In this document: piece by piece, positions 9,749 through 18,991 of the stretch
Layout of the letters: each line of letters opens with the position of its first letter
How positions within the stretch are numbered: position 1 is the stretch's first letter
Origin: an uncultured Collinsella sp.
Lineage (GTDB): Bacteria; Actinomycetota; Coriobacteriia; Coriobacteriales; Coriobacteriaceae
NCBI GenBank assembly: GCA_900554325.1
Contig: USHA01000001.1
Span: 5,300-69,299 of the forward strand
Direction of reading: 5' to 3'
Length of the DNA: 64,000 nt
Translations under genes and position numbers: made by a program
Notes under the pieces: generated by a model
Seen by the model: only the letters and a program-made list of their open reading frames with translations
Database searches by the model: none
What the model was told of the DNA's origin: nothing

Positions 9749-11089
9749 CTAGAACCCTCCGCGGCCACCCATGTACTGCTCGAGATACCGGAGGAACTCC
9801 TCCTCGGTCATGCCGCCGCTCGAACCGTTGCCGTCGGAAGCGTCCTGCTGCTCGGCCTGCAACGCCTCGTCAGATCCGAGTTCAACCTCGATCTCCTTCT
9901 CGTCCTTACCACGCATCACGGTGAGAGTGACCTTGTCTCCCACCTCGTGCTCACGCAAGGCGATAATCAGGCCGTCGGCGGAAGAGATGGGCTCGCCGTC
10001 CACCGCCGTCACGATGTCGCCTGCTTCGATCCCCGCAGTTGCGGCAGGACCATCGGCAGTGACCTCGGCAACATAGGCGCCGCTATCGACTGCAAGGTTG
10101 TTCTGACGCGCGTTATAGGCGTTCACACTCATAAGCGAGGCGCCCAGGTACGGATGAACAGGCGTTTCGCCGGCGATGATCTGATGCGCGATGTTGATGG
10201 CGTAATTCACCGGAATGGCAAAGCCCACGCCAGAGCTCGAGCCAGAATAAGACTCAATCACGGAATTGATACCGATGAGCTTGCCCTCGTCGTTCACGAG
10301 AGCGCCACCGGAGTTACCGGGGTTGATGGCGGCGTCGGTCTGGATCATGTTCGCGTAAATGGAGGTGCCGCCCGTGCTCTGAAGTGCGGTGGAACGGTAC
10401 AGAGCGGAGACGATACCCGTCGAGACGGACTGCTCGTTGCCAAAGGGGCTACCGATTGCCATGACCCACTCACCCACGGTGAGATCATCGGAGTCGGCGA
10501 GGTCAATGGGCGTGAGATCGGCGTCCTCGGCGTCCTGGAGGCGGATCACGGCGAGGTCGCTCGACTCGTCCGTGCCCACAACCTCGGCCTCATAGCTGTC
10601 ACCACTGTCCGTGCGCGCCACCAAGGCGGACGCACCCTCAATTACGTGGTAGTTCGTGAGAATGTTGCCATCGGTGTCGAGGATGACGCCGCTACCGATG
10701 CCACCGGAGTCCTCGGTCTCGCCCTGAGCGGTGATCGACACCACAGATGGCAGAGCCTTGGCGGCAACGGCCTCCGAAAGCGTGGTGTCCTCGGGATCGA
10801 TCTCGATGGTCTGCGTGGCACCACTGACAGCAGACTCCACATTGGTGCCCGTAATGCGGAATGCGCCGGACATCACGAGCGCGATCACGAGCACGGATCC
10901 TACGGCAAGACCGAGCAGGGATGCAAGGAAGATCGGAAGCTTGCGGCTCTTGGTCTTCACCACGGTACGCGTTTCGGTATGCATCGCGGGCATGACGGTG
11001 GTCTCCACCGTTGGCTCGGAGTGCGAAGCGAAATGCGGCTCATCCCCCGCAAGGCCGTCCGGGCGCTGCGGGGTCTTGTCGTCAATCAT
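9749..11089 (-). CDS. HtrA/DegP family serine protease with PDZ domain
   Basis: TM anchor, TNYHV, DLAV, TDAAINPGNSGG, C-terminal PDZ. Confidence 0.93.
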   Translation of the reverse strand: MIDDKTPQRPDGLAGDEPHFASHSEPTVETTVMPAMHTETRTVVKTKSRKLPIFLASLLGLAVGSVLVIALVMSGAFRITGTNVESAVSGATQTIEIDPEDTTLSEAVAAKALPSVVSITAQGETEDSGGIGSGVILDTDGNILTNYHVIEGASALVARTDSGDSYEAEVVGTDESSDLAVIRLQDAEDADLTPIDLADSDDLTVGEWVMAIGSPFGNEQSVSTGIVSALYRSTALQSTGGTSIYANMIQTDAAINPGNSGGALVNDEGKLIGINSVIESYSGSSSGVGFAIPVNYAINIAHQIIAGETPVHPYLGASLMSVNAYNARQNNLAVDSGAYVAEVTADGPAATAGIEAGDIVTAVDGEPISSADGLIIALREHEVGDKVTLTVMRGKDEKEIEVELGSDEALQAEQQDASDGNGSSGGMTEEEFLRYLEQYMGGRGGF

Positions 11090-11294
11090 GGAGGTTCCTT
11101 TCAACGCTTTCAATCTCAACCGTTGTACCCCAAATACGAGGTTCAACCCCCCGAGAGTCGCGGACTTTAATCAAGTTGTAAGTACCATTAAGTCTTTCGA
11201 AAGGCACTCAGGCACTATACGCAACCCACAGCGCGAAAAGGCAACGCGCATGAAAAGGGGCGCGCGCCCTTCGGCACGAGCCCCGGCGCACACG

Positions 11295-11957
11295 TTATTC
11301 CTTAAACAGGTAGCCCACACCACGAACCGTGGAGATGTGACCGGCGATCTGCGGACCCACCTTGCTGCGAATTCGACGGATATGGACATCGACCGTACGC
11401 GTTCCGCCGCAATACTCGAAGCCCCACACGCGATGAAGCAGCACTTCGCGGCTGTACGCGCGGTTGGGATGCGTTGCCAGAAAGCTGAGCAACGAGTATT
11501 CCATAAGCGTGAGGTCAACCGGCTCGCCGTCGAGCGATACCTGGTAGGTGGCAAGGTTGATCGTGAGGTTGTCCACGGTGAGGACTTCGTCGACCGCGAC
11601 GGTCTCGCCATCGCCCAAAAGCTGGCGGGCGCGCGCTTCGAGCTCGGCGTCACTTGCACCCGAGCAAATGAAATCGGAGCGGACATGAGAGGGAAGATGC
11701 AAGTCGGAGAGGTTCTCCTCATCCATCATGAGAAGCATGGGCACACCGCCGCGCTGCTCGAGCCACTTTGCCATGGCATCGACGCGATCGGAACGCACCC
11801 CATCGCCATCGAGAATAAGGAGGTCGAAATCATGCGCTACGGCGGGCGAATCTGGGGTCGCAATATGCACCTCGACACCTAAGGACGAGGCGAGTGTTCG
11901 GACGAAATCATGAAGTCGCGTGGTACGCGCCATGAATAGCACAGACTTTTCGGACAT
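11295..11957 (-). CDS. OmpR-family regulator with atypical receiver (GlnR-like)
   Basis: C-terminal LTLMEYSLL...RTVDVHIRRIRSK; lies directly downstream of glnA. Confidence 0.75.
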   Translation of the reverse strand: MSEKSVLFMARTTRLHDFVRTLASSLGVEVHIATPDSPAVAHDFDLLILDGDGVRSDRVDAMAKWLEQRGGVPMLLMMDEENLSDLHLPSHVRSDFICSGASDAELEARARQLLGDGETVAVDEVLTVDNLTINLATYQVSLDGEPVDLTLMEYSLLSFLATHPNRAYSREVLLHRVWGFEYCGGTRTVDVHIRRIRSKVGPQIAGHISTVRGVGYLFKE

Positions 11958-12055
11958 ATTCACACCTCCGACGGCATCATCATAACAAATAGGCAGGTCG
12001 AGCACGTACATGGCGGTGATATTCGGGCAAGGATCACCGACCGAGGCCCCACTCC

Positions 12056-13393
12056 CTATGAATTGGCGAGATAGTGATCGAGCTCCCACTCGGTCACTGT
12101 GGCGTTGAAGCGATTCCACTCGTCGCGCTTCTTCTTGAGGAAGAACGCATGGATGTGCTCGCCGAGGGCGTCTTTCATGAAATCGGAGCTTTCAAAGACG
12201 TCGAGCGCCTCGTCGAGGTTTCTCGGCAGCGGCTCGATGCCGCGGGCGCGCAGCTCGCTCTCGGGCAGACGCAACAGATCGGAGGTCGCCTCCTCGGACA
12301 GTTCGAGTCCGCGCTTGATGCCGTCGAGTCCGGCTGCCAGCGTGACGGTGTTCACCAAGTACGGATTGGCCATCGGGTCGGGGCTGCGAAGCTCAATGCG
12401 GGCCGCAACCTGCTTGCCCGGCTTGTAGATGGGCACGCGGATCATAGCGGAGCGGTTGCGCATGCCCCACGTTGCATACCGCGGGCCGTTACCCACGCCA
12501 GCGGAGAGGCGCTTGTAAGAATTCACCGTGGGGTTGGTGATGGCGCTGATTTCGGAGGCATGCGCCAAGATGCCGGCCATGTAGCTCTTGGCAATGGGCG
12601 ACAGGTGGTTCTTGGCGTCGTCACCCCAAAAGACGTTGTTGCCTTCACGGTCGAACAGGGACTGGTGAAGCAGCATTGCCGAAGACGAGCCCTTGGCGAT
12701 GGGCTTGGGCATGAAAGAGGCGTGGATGCCCGACTCGTAGGCGCAGGTGCGAATGACGTGCTTGGCCGTCATGATGGCGTCGGACATGGTGAGTGCCTCG
12801 GCGTGACGCATGGAAATGCCGTGCTGCGAGCGACCGGAGCTATGGAAGGTGTACTCGACCGGGATGCTCATCTTCTCGAGCATGAGCACGGTGGAACGGC
12901 GCAGGTCGCGCGCGGAATCCGACGGCGTGAGGTCAAAGTAGCCCACCTTGTCCATGGGCTCAGGCGTATGCTCGTCGGGGAAATAGTAGAACTCGAGCTC
13001 GGCGCCCACATTCATGATGTAGCCGAGCTTCTCCGCACGATAGAACATGCGGCGCAGGCACTCGCGCGAATCGCCAGCGAACAGCTGGCGGTCGGGCGTG
13101 CAGACATCGCAGAAGATGCGCGCGGCGCCGTCGTGCTTGGGGCGCCAGGGCAGGATCTGGAACGTGGAGGCATCCGGGAAGGCCAGCATGTCCGCCTCGT
13201 CGGGAGAGGTGAAGCCCTCAATGGCGGAACCGTCGAAGCCAATGCCCTCTTCAAACGCGACCTCGAGGTCCTCGGGGCTGATAGCGAAGCTCTTGAGCCT
13301 GCCGAGCACGTCGGTGAACCACAGGCGGATGAAGCGGATGTCGCGCTCCTCGACAGTGCGCAGGACGAAATCGATGTTCTGCTGCTGGTCCAT
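12056..13393 (-). CDS. glnA: Glutamine synthetase type I
   Basis: FTDVLGRLK, FDGSAIEGF, ASFMPKP, NSYKRL, NRSAMIRVP, RIELRSPDP. Confidence 0.92.
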   Translation of the reverse strand: MDQQQNIDFVLRTVEERDIRFIRLWFTDVLGRLKSFAISPEDLEVAFEEGIGFDGSAIEGFTSPDEADMLAFPDASTFQILPWRPKHDGAARIFCDVCTPDRQLFAGDSRECLRRMFYRAEKLGYIMNVGAELEFYYFPDEHTPEPMDKVGYFDLTPSDSARDLRRSTVLMLEKMSIPVEYTFHSSGRSQHGISMRHAEALTMSDAIMTAKHVIRTCAYESGIHASFMPKPIAKGSSSAMLLHQSLFDREGNNVFWGDDAKNHLSPIAKSYMAGILAHASEISAITNPTVNSYKRLSAGVGNGPRYATWGMRNRSAMIRVPIYKPGKQVAARIELRSPDPMANPYLVNTVTLAAGLDGIKRGLELSEEATSDLLRLPESELRARGIEPLPRNLDEALDVFESSDFMKDALGEHIHAFFLKKKRDEWNRFNATVTEWELDHYLANS

Positions 13394-13521
13394 ATACGAG
13401 CCCTTTCACATGCGATGATGCCAGATTGTCTCCATGTTCGCATAGTTATGTTTCGGCCGAGTTTCCGGCGCTCCCTCGCATAAAAGCACCTTGGAAATGA
13501 GGGCATGGGCAGAAGGTGCAA

Positions 13522-13671
13522 TGCCGCGAATCGGGCGTTTTTGTAACGAAGATCGAGATGCCCCGAGTAGACGGTCGGTTTGGGCATCAAAGCCCCAGTT
13601 GGCGATAGCCCAAAATACCTGTCTACTCGGCCTCTCTGGAAACTCGTTACAAAATCGCCCGATTCGCGGCA
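13522..13671. repeat. ~150-bp imperfect palindrome (REP/MITE-like)
   Basis: 28-bp terminal inverted repeat with 1 mismatch (13522-13549 / 13644-13671); inner CCGAGTAGAC / GTCTACTCGG arms. Confidence 0.75.
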
Positions 13672-13715
13672 ATCAACGGCTGAGAACACGCCGCCGTGCG
13701 CTCGACCGTCGGCTC

Positions 13716-15926
13716 CTACATGAGCTTGGTCTCCTCGAGCTTCTCGATGATCCACTGGTTCGCGCGAATCACGGGACGGCGGAATACCAGACCGAGCGCG
13801 AGCGACGGAAGCAGGTAGCACGCCAAGATGCCAAGTTCGCGCCAATACTCCATGCCATACGCGCCTGCCATGGCAGCGTGCATCGCGTTGATGGCATGCG
13901 TGAACGGCAAAAACGGATAGACGCCCTGGAAGAAGTCTGCCGTCATCTCGATGGGGAACGTGCCGCCTGAGCCGGCCACCTGCATGACCAGCAACACAAC
14001 GGCGATCGCCTTGCCAATATCGCCAAAACTCACCGTGAGCGTGTAGATGATGTTGCTGAACACGAACCCGGCAACCCAGCCCACGAGGAGGAACTGCAGC
14101 GGATGGGCACACTGGATCCCAAAAAACATCAGGTCGCCGGCACACACGAGCGTCGCCTGCGCAAAGGCGAGCAACGCGAAGAACGCGTACCGTCCCAAAT
14201 AGAGCTCGTGCAGGTGAATCGGCGCGAGCGCCTGGATATCGCGCTCATCCACGTTGGCCTTGAGCATTGCGGCAAGCACGATGCCCGCGACCCAAATGGA
14301 CAGCGTGGTGTAGAACGGAGCCATGGCGCTGCCGTAGTTCTCGATGTGGTACACGGCCTGGCGGTCGAGGGCCACCGGGGCAGCGAGGGCCTCGGCAAGC
14401 GATGTCGGGTCCGATCCAATGAGGTCCCGCACCTTCTGCAGGTCGCCCGACGCCACGGCGGCATCGATACCGTCCTTGAGCTCCTGCAGGCCGTCGGCGG
14501 AGGTACTCAGGTCGGCTGCGGCGCTGGTAAGCACGCCTTGCGCATCGGAAAGGTCGCTCGAAAGGTCCTTGGATGCCGTCGAGAGATCGGAGGCGGTCGT
14601 GCTCAGACTGCTCGCCATGTCCTCGCTGCTCTTGGCGACGCTCCCCACCGCATCGGCGAGCGACGCGATCTCCTGCTCGAGCGTCTCCTTGTAGGAATCC
14701 TTGATCGATGAGATGTCGTTTTTGGCAGAAGCGAGGTTTTCCTTGACGGCTTCTGCCTGCTCGCGAGCGTCGGTGGCACCCGCCTCGAGGGAATCGGCGG
14801 CATCCGAGAGGTGCTGTGCGAGCAGTTCCTGCTGGTTAGCGACGTTGCCCACCGTGTTGGCCACGATGTCGATCTGCTGAATGAGCTCGGCCTTTGCCGC
14901 ATCTGATATCGGCAGACTGTCGACCTTGTCCTCAAGGGCGGCGATCTTCTTCTGCACGGCACGGGCATCTGCCGCCTGTCCCGCTATCTTCGACGAGGCG
15001 CTGCGCAGCTGCGTACAGGTAGTCGACACGTGTTCATCCACGGTGGCGAACGCGTTCTCTATGGCCGTGGCGGCGGCTTCGTAGTCGCCCGCGCTGTCGG
15101 CCAGCGCCCCGTTGATGGCGTCAACCGCGCCATCGAGAGCGGCATCCATGTTGGCAAGGCCCGTCTTGGCATCGCTCACCAGTGCCTCGGCACTCGAGCT
15201 GGCCTCGCCCGTCTGAGACAACAAGTCGCCCGCAGAATCCAAAAGGCCTGTGGAGGAGCCCAGGACCCCCGTGAACTCGGTCGCCGTCTTGGACGCATCG
15301 CGCAACGTCTCGATGCCCGCCGTGAGTGTGCTGCTCAGGTTCGCCGCGTAGTTGGCGATTTGATCGCCGTCCAGGTAATCGAGCAGGCTCGACGTGGTGG
15401 CCAGTCCCACCTCGCTGATAGTCTCGGCGAACGTCTCGTCGATCTGCTTGCGCACCGTACTCGCGGCCTTGTCGGTCACGCGGGGCGCGATGGCGTTGGC
15501 CTTTTGGTTCTCGTAGTACACGATCTCGGCGTGCTCGGCATCGCTCGAAAAGACCGTCATCATGCGAGAGCTGAAATCCTCGGGAATCACGACGGCTGCA
15601 TAGTACTCGCCGGAGCGCACGCCCTCGACCGCCTCGCCCTCCTTGACGAAGACCCAGTCGATGTTGTCGTTCTCACGTAGCGACGAGACGACCGTGTCGC
15701 CGATGTTCACGCGCACGGAAATGAGGTCGCTTAGGTAGCCCTCATCCGAGTTCGCCACCGCGACTTTGAGGTTACCCGTGTTTCCGTAAGGATCCCAGCT
15801 GCCCGCAATGTTAAACCAGGCGTAAAGGGTGGGCACAATCACGAGACCCACCGCGACGATGCATGCGACCACGCTGCCGCGCACCCTCGAGAGATCCTGC
15901 TTGAGCAGGGCAATGATCTTCTTCAT
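13716..15926 (-). CDS. YhgE/Pip family membrane protein
   Basis: LYAWFNIAGSWDPY, NQKANAIAPRVTD, coiled coil, NYGSAMAPFY, C-terminal TMs. Confidence 0.9.
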   Translation of the reverse strand: MKKIIALLKQDLSRVRGSVVACIVAVGLVIVPTLYAWFNIAGSWDPYGNTGNLKVAVANSDEGYLSDLISVRVNIGDTVVSSLRENDNIDWVFVKEGEAVEGVRSGEYYAAVVIPEDFSSRMMTVFSSDAEHAEIVYYENQKANAIAPRVTDKAASTVRKQIDETFAETISEVGLATTSSLLDYLDGDQIANYAANLSSTLTAGIETLRDASKTATEFTGVLGSSTGLLDSAGDLLSQTGEASSSAEALVSDAKTGLANMDAALDGAVDAINGALADSAGDYEAAATAIENAFATVDEHVSTTCTQLRSASSKIAGQAADARAVQKKIAALEDKVDSLPISDAAKAELIQQIDIVANTVGNVANQQELLAQHLSDAADSLEAGATDAREQAEAVKENLASAKNDISSIKDSYKETLEQEIASLADAVGSVAKSSEDMASSLSTTASDLSTASKDLSSDLSDAQGVLTSAAADLSTSADGLQELKDGIDAAVASGDLQKVRDLIGSDPTSLAEALAAPVALDRQAVYHIENYGSAMAPFYTTLSIWVAGIVLAAMLKANVDERDIQALAPIHLHELYLGRYAFFALLAFAQATLVCAGDLMFFGIQCAHPLQFLLVGWVAGFVFSNIIYTLTVSFGDIGKAIAVVLLVMQVAGSGGTFPIEMTADFFQGVYPFLPFTHAINAMHAAMAGAYGMEYWRELGILACYLLPSLALGLVFRRPVIRANQWIIEKLEETKLM

Positions 15927-18569
15927 CTACTCCTCGCCTCCCTTCGGGGCGTCTCCGTTGGTGATGTGTGCAGGAGTTCTGCCGGTGAGGCCGCGATCCG
16001 GGCTCGCCCCTGCGGCGCGCGCCGGCACCCCGCGCGCGATGCTGCGGCCCAGCTCCTCGCGCAGCTCGTCATCGGGCAGCGAGGTCATACGCGCCTGTGA
16101 ATTCAGGCTTTCGCGCAGGTACTCGATAAAGATCATGTAGGCATCCGCCACGATGATGGCAACGATCCACAGCACGAGCATCACGAGTTTGCCGTCGATG
16201 TCGAGGTCAAGCGTTGCCGTGAGCACGAACAGCAGCACGGGCAGACCAAGCACCAGGCAGAAGCCCGCTTTGATAAGCCGCGGGTACCGGTGCTCGAAGC
16301 GCGCGCCGCGCTCGAGGATCTCGCGACGATACGCCTCCGTGTCAAACAGCGCCCGCACGGCGTTGCGCACGGAGAACCGCTCGCGCGGCATGTCGTCGCG
16401 CTCGCAGATCATCACGCCCGTGCCGGAGAGCTGGCGGTCGAACAGCAGGTTGAGGTTGAGGAGCTTAGGCCTCAGCCATACGCCCACCACGAGCGCCACG
16501 GCCAAAAACACCGCAAGGATGCCCAGGTTGAACAGGTAGTTCATGCCGTACATGCCGCCGATGGTCTCGCGCATCGTGTTAATGCCGTAGGTGAAGGGCA
16601 ACAGCGGGTGCAGAGCCTGGAAGAAGTCGGGCATCATCTCGATGGGGTACATGCCTGAGGAACCCGGGATCTGCACAATGACGAGGATGACGCCGATGGC
16701 TTTGCCGATATGCTTGAACGCGATCGACAGCGCGTAAATGATGTTCACGTAGACGAACGAGGTGAACACGCCCGCAATCACGAACAACACGGGATGGCTG
16801 CACTGGATCCCTAGCACCAAGTCGCCCACGCACACGATGATCGACTGCACGAAGCCGAGCAGGACCATGAGCATCCAGCGGCCAAAATACCCTTGGTTGG
16901 CCGTGATTTGGCCCACACCCTCGGTGTCAACCTCAAGCTTGAAGATGGCGATGAGCACAAAGCCACCCACCCACAGAGCCAGGTTCGTGTAGAACGGCGT
17001 GACGCCCGAACCGTAGTTCTCGACCGGATACACGGCCTTAGTGGTGAGGGTCACCGGGGCGGACATGAAATCCGCGATGTTAGCGGGGTCCATATCGAGC
17101 AGGTTCGCGAGCTCGCGTGTTGCCTCGGAGCTGCGCAGCGCGACGATGTCGGTCTTGACCGTCTCAAGCGTAGCCTGCAGGTCGGCCAGCGTTTCATCGC
17201 TGCTCGCCAACGCGCTCTTGGTCTGGTCGAGCATGGCGTTCAGCTGGTCAAGTAGGCCCATGGACTGCGCGATGGTGGGGGTGAGGCTCGTCACGACGCC
17301 CGACAGGTCGCCCGAGACGTTCGAGAACGCATCGAGGCCCGCGCTCAGTTGGGGAATGACGCTGGAGTTGAGGGTCTGCTGGGTCTTGCCCAGGTTCTCG
17401 ACGCTGCCCTGCACGGCGGTGTTGATAGCGTCCGTCGCGGTGGTCGCGGCATCGACGTCTTGGCCGAGTGCATCGCTCTGCGTCTGCAGCGCGTCTTTGG
17501 CAGACTGCAGACCGGCATTTTGGTTCTCAAGGTCGTGGATGAAGGCCTCGATATCGCCGTTTGAGCCCAAAGCCGAGTTGTTGAGGTTGCGCAGGGCCTC
17601 GAGGGCGCGCGAATTGGAATCGATCACGGCTTGGAAGTTGGAGAGCGATATGTCGATCTTGGTCTTAGCAGCCGAGACGGCGCCCGCCATTGAACCAACG
17701 GCGGCGTCCGCCTTCGACGAAGCCGTGCCCAGCTGGGTCGCTCCGTTGGCGAGGGCGTTCGACAGCGCGGTGTGGAACTCGCCCGCGGCGGAGCGCGTCG
17801 TGCCCAGAAGCTGGTGACCCTTGTCGAGCGCATCGACGAGCGTGGGCGTCTCGGCGTTCATACTGGCGAGCGAGCTCTTGGCACTCGTTGCGGCAACCTT
17901 AGCGTCGTCGATGGTAGTCGCCATGCCGCCAAGGCCCTCGCGCACACGCTTCAGGGCGTCGACGGAATCGGAGACATTCGCGAGCACGCCCTGCTCCGCG
18001 CGCTCCCCCGCCGCGTCCACGTCGACCCCGAGCTTTTGCGCCTGCTCGACAAGCGTGCTGCTGACCGTTGCGACAAAGGTCTCGTTCAGCTGCTCCTCGA
18101 TGGTCTCGGCACCCGTATCGGTCACCTTGGGGGCAATGGCGTTCTTCTTCTCATTCACGTAGTACGTGAGCTCGGGCTGCTCAAAGTCGCCCGTGAGCAT
18201 GCTCGTGAGCTTTTCGCTGAAGTCCTTAGGAATGACGATCGCGGCGTAGTACTCACCGCTGTACACGCTCTCTTTCGCGCTTTCCGCATCGGTGAAGACC
18301 CAGCCCAGGTCGTCGTTTTCCTTGAGCTGCTCGACCGTCTGCTCACCGGCGTTGAGCGACCCCGTCAACTCACTTTCAACGCCCTCGTCCTCGTTGGCGA
18401 CGGCGATTTTCACACCGGAGGTGTTACTGTACGGATCCCAGTTCGCCTCGATGTTGTACCAAGCATACAATGACGGAATGATGCACACACCAATGGTGAT
18501 GACCATCGCCACAGGATTGTGCAGTAACCGCTTGAGGTCTCGTTTAAAGATCTGGAAGGCCTTCTTCAC
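15927..18569 (-). CDS. YhgE/Pip family membrane protein
   Basis: LYAWYNIEANWDPY, NEKKNAIAPKVTD, NYGSGVTPFY; tandem paralog. Confidence 0.9.
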   Translation of the reverse strand: MKKAFQIFKRDLKRLLHNPVAMVITIGVCIIPSLYAWYNIEANWDPYSNTSGVKIAVANEDEGVESELTGSLNAGEQTVEQLKENDDLGWVFTDAESAKESVYSGEYYAAIVIPKDFSEKLTSMLTGDFEQPELTYYVNEKKNAIAPKVTDTGAETIEEQLNETFVATVSSTLVEQAQKLGVDVDAAGERAEQGVLANVSDSVDALKRVREGLGGMATTIDDAKVAATSAKSSLASMNAETPTLVDALDKGHQLLGTTRSAAGEFHTALSNALANGATQLGTASSKADAAVGSMAGAVSAAKTKIDISLSNFQAVIDSNSRALEALRNLNNSALGSNGDIEAFIHDLENQNAGLQSAKDALQTQSDALGQDVDAATTATDAINTAVQGSVENLGKTQQTLNSSVIPQLSAGLDAFSNVSGDLSGVVTSLTPTIAQSMGLLDQLNAMLDQTKSALASSDETLADLQATLETVKTDIVALRSSEATRELANLLDMDPANIADFMSAPVTLTTKAVYPVENYGSGVTPFYTNLALWVGGFVLIAIFKLEVDTEGVGQITANQGYFGRWMLMVLLGFVQSIIVCVGDLVLGIQCSHPVLFVIAGVFTSFVYVNIIYALSIAFKHIGKAIGVILVIVQIPGSSGMYPIEMMPDFFQALHPLLPFTYGINTMRETIGGMYGMNYLFNLGILAVFLAVALVVGVWLRPKLLNLNLLFDRQLSGTGVMICERDDMPRERFSVRNAVRALFDTEAYRREILERGARFEHRYPRLIKAGFCLVLGLPVLLFVLTATLDLDIDGKLVMLVLWIVAIIVADAYMIFIEYLRESLNSQARMTSLPDDELREELGRSIARGVPARAAGASPDRGLTGRTPAHITNGDAPKGGEE

Positions 18570-18910
18570 GCTCGAACCACCCTTTGACCTTACTATTGCC
18601 TTTGTTGGAGCAGAACTATACTACGGTCGTGAGAAAAACAACACGTGTACTGGTAACTATCAATACTTTCTGCAGAATACTCGCAATAGGGCGACACACC
18701 TGTGCACATGAAAGGGCGAAAAGAGCCTCTTCTCCAGCGTGCGGAACGTGCAAATACGCAAATGTTGAGATAAAGTCCGCATCCGCCGTGTAGCCATTTG
18801 TGCAACAAAGGCTTGACCTGCGGTTATATTGCGGTCAATCTCGCCTTTACTCGCATACCCCCACTTTTAACCCAACATTTGCGTATTTGCGGCGCATCAT
18901 CCCCCCTCCG

Positions 18911-18954
18911 AGCAATAGACCGGGGCGCTCTACAGGGCGCCCCGGTCTATTGCT
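18911..18954. terminator. Intrinsic terminator-like hairpin downstream of htpG
   Basis: 18-bp stem AGCAATAGACCGGGGCGC / GCGCCCCGGTCTATTGCT. Confidence 0.75.
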
Positions 18955-18991
18955 TAGCTATGAATTCCCGGTAAATGTGCGAGCGAGCAAT

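Noticed and set aside
13716..18569. YhgE/Pip pair as a type VII secretion locus
   Set aside because: No WXG100 or FtsK/EssC genes nearby; tandem Pip genes are common in gut Actinobacteria.
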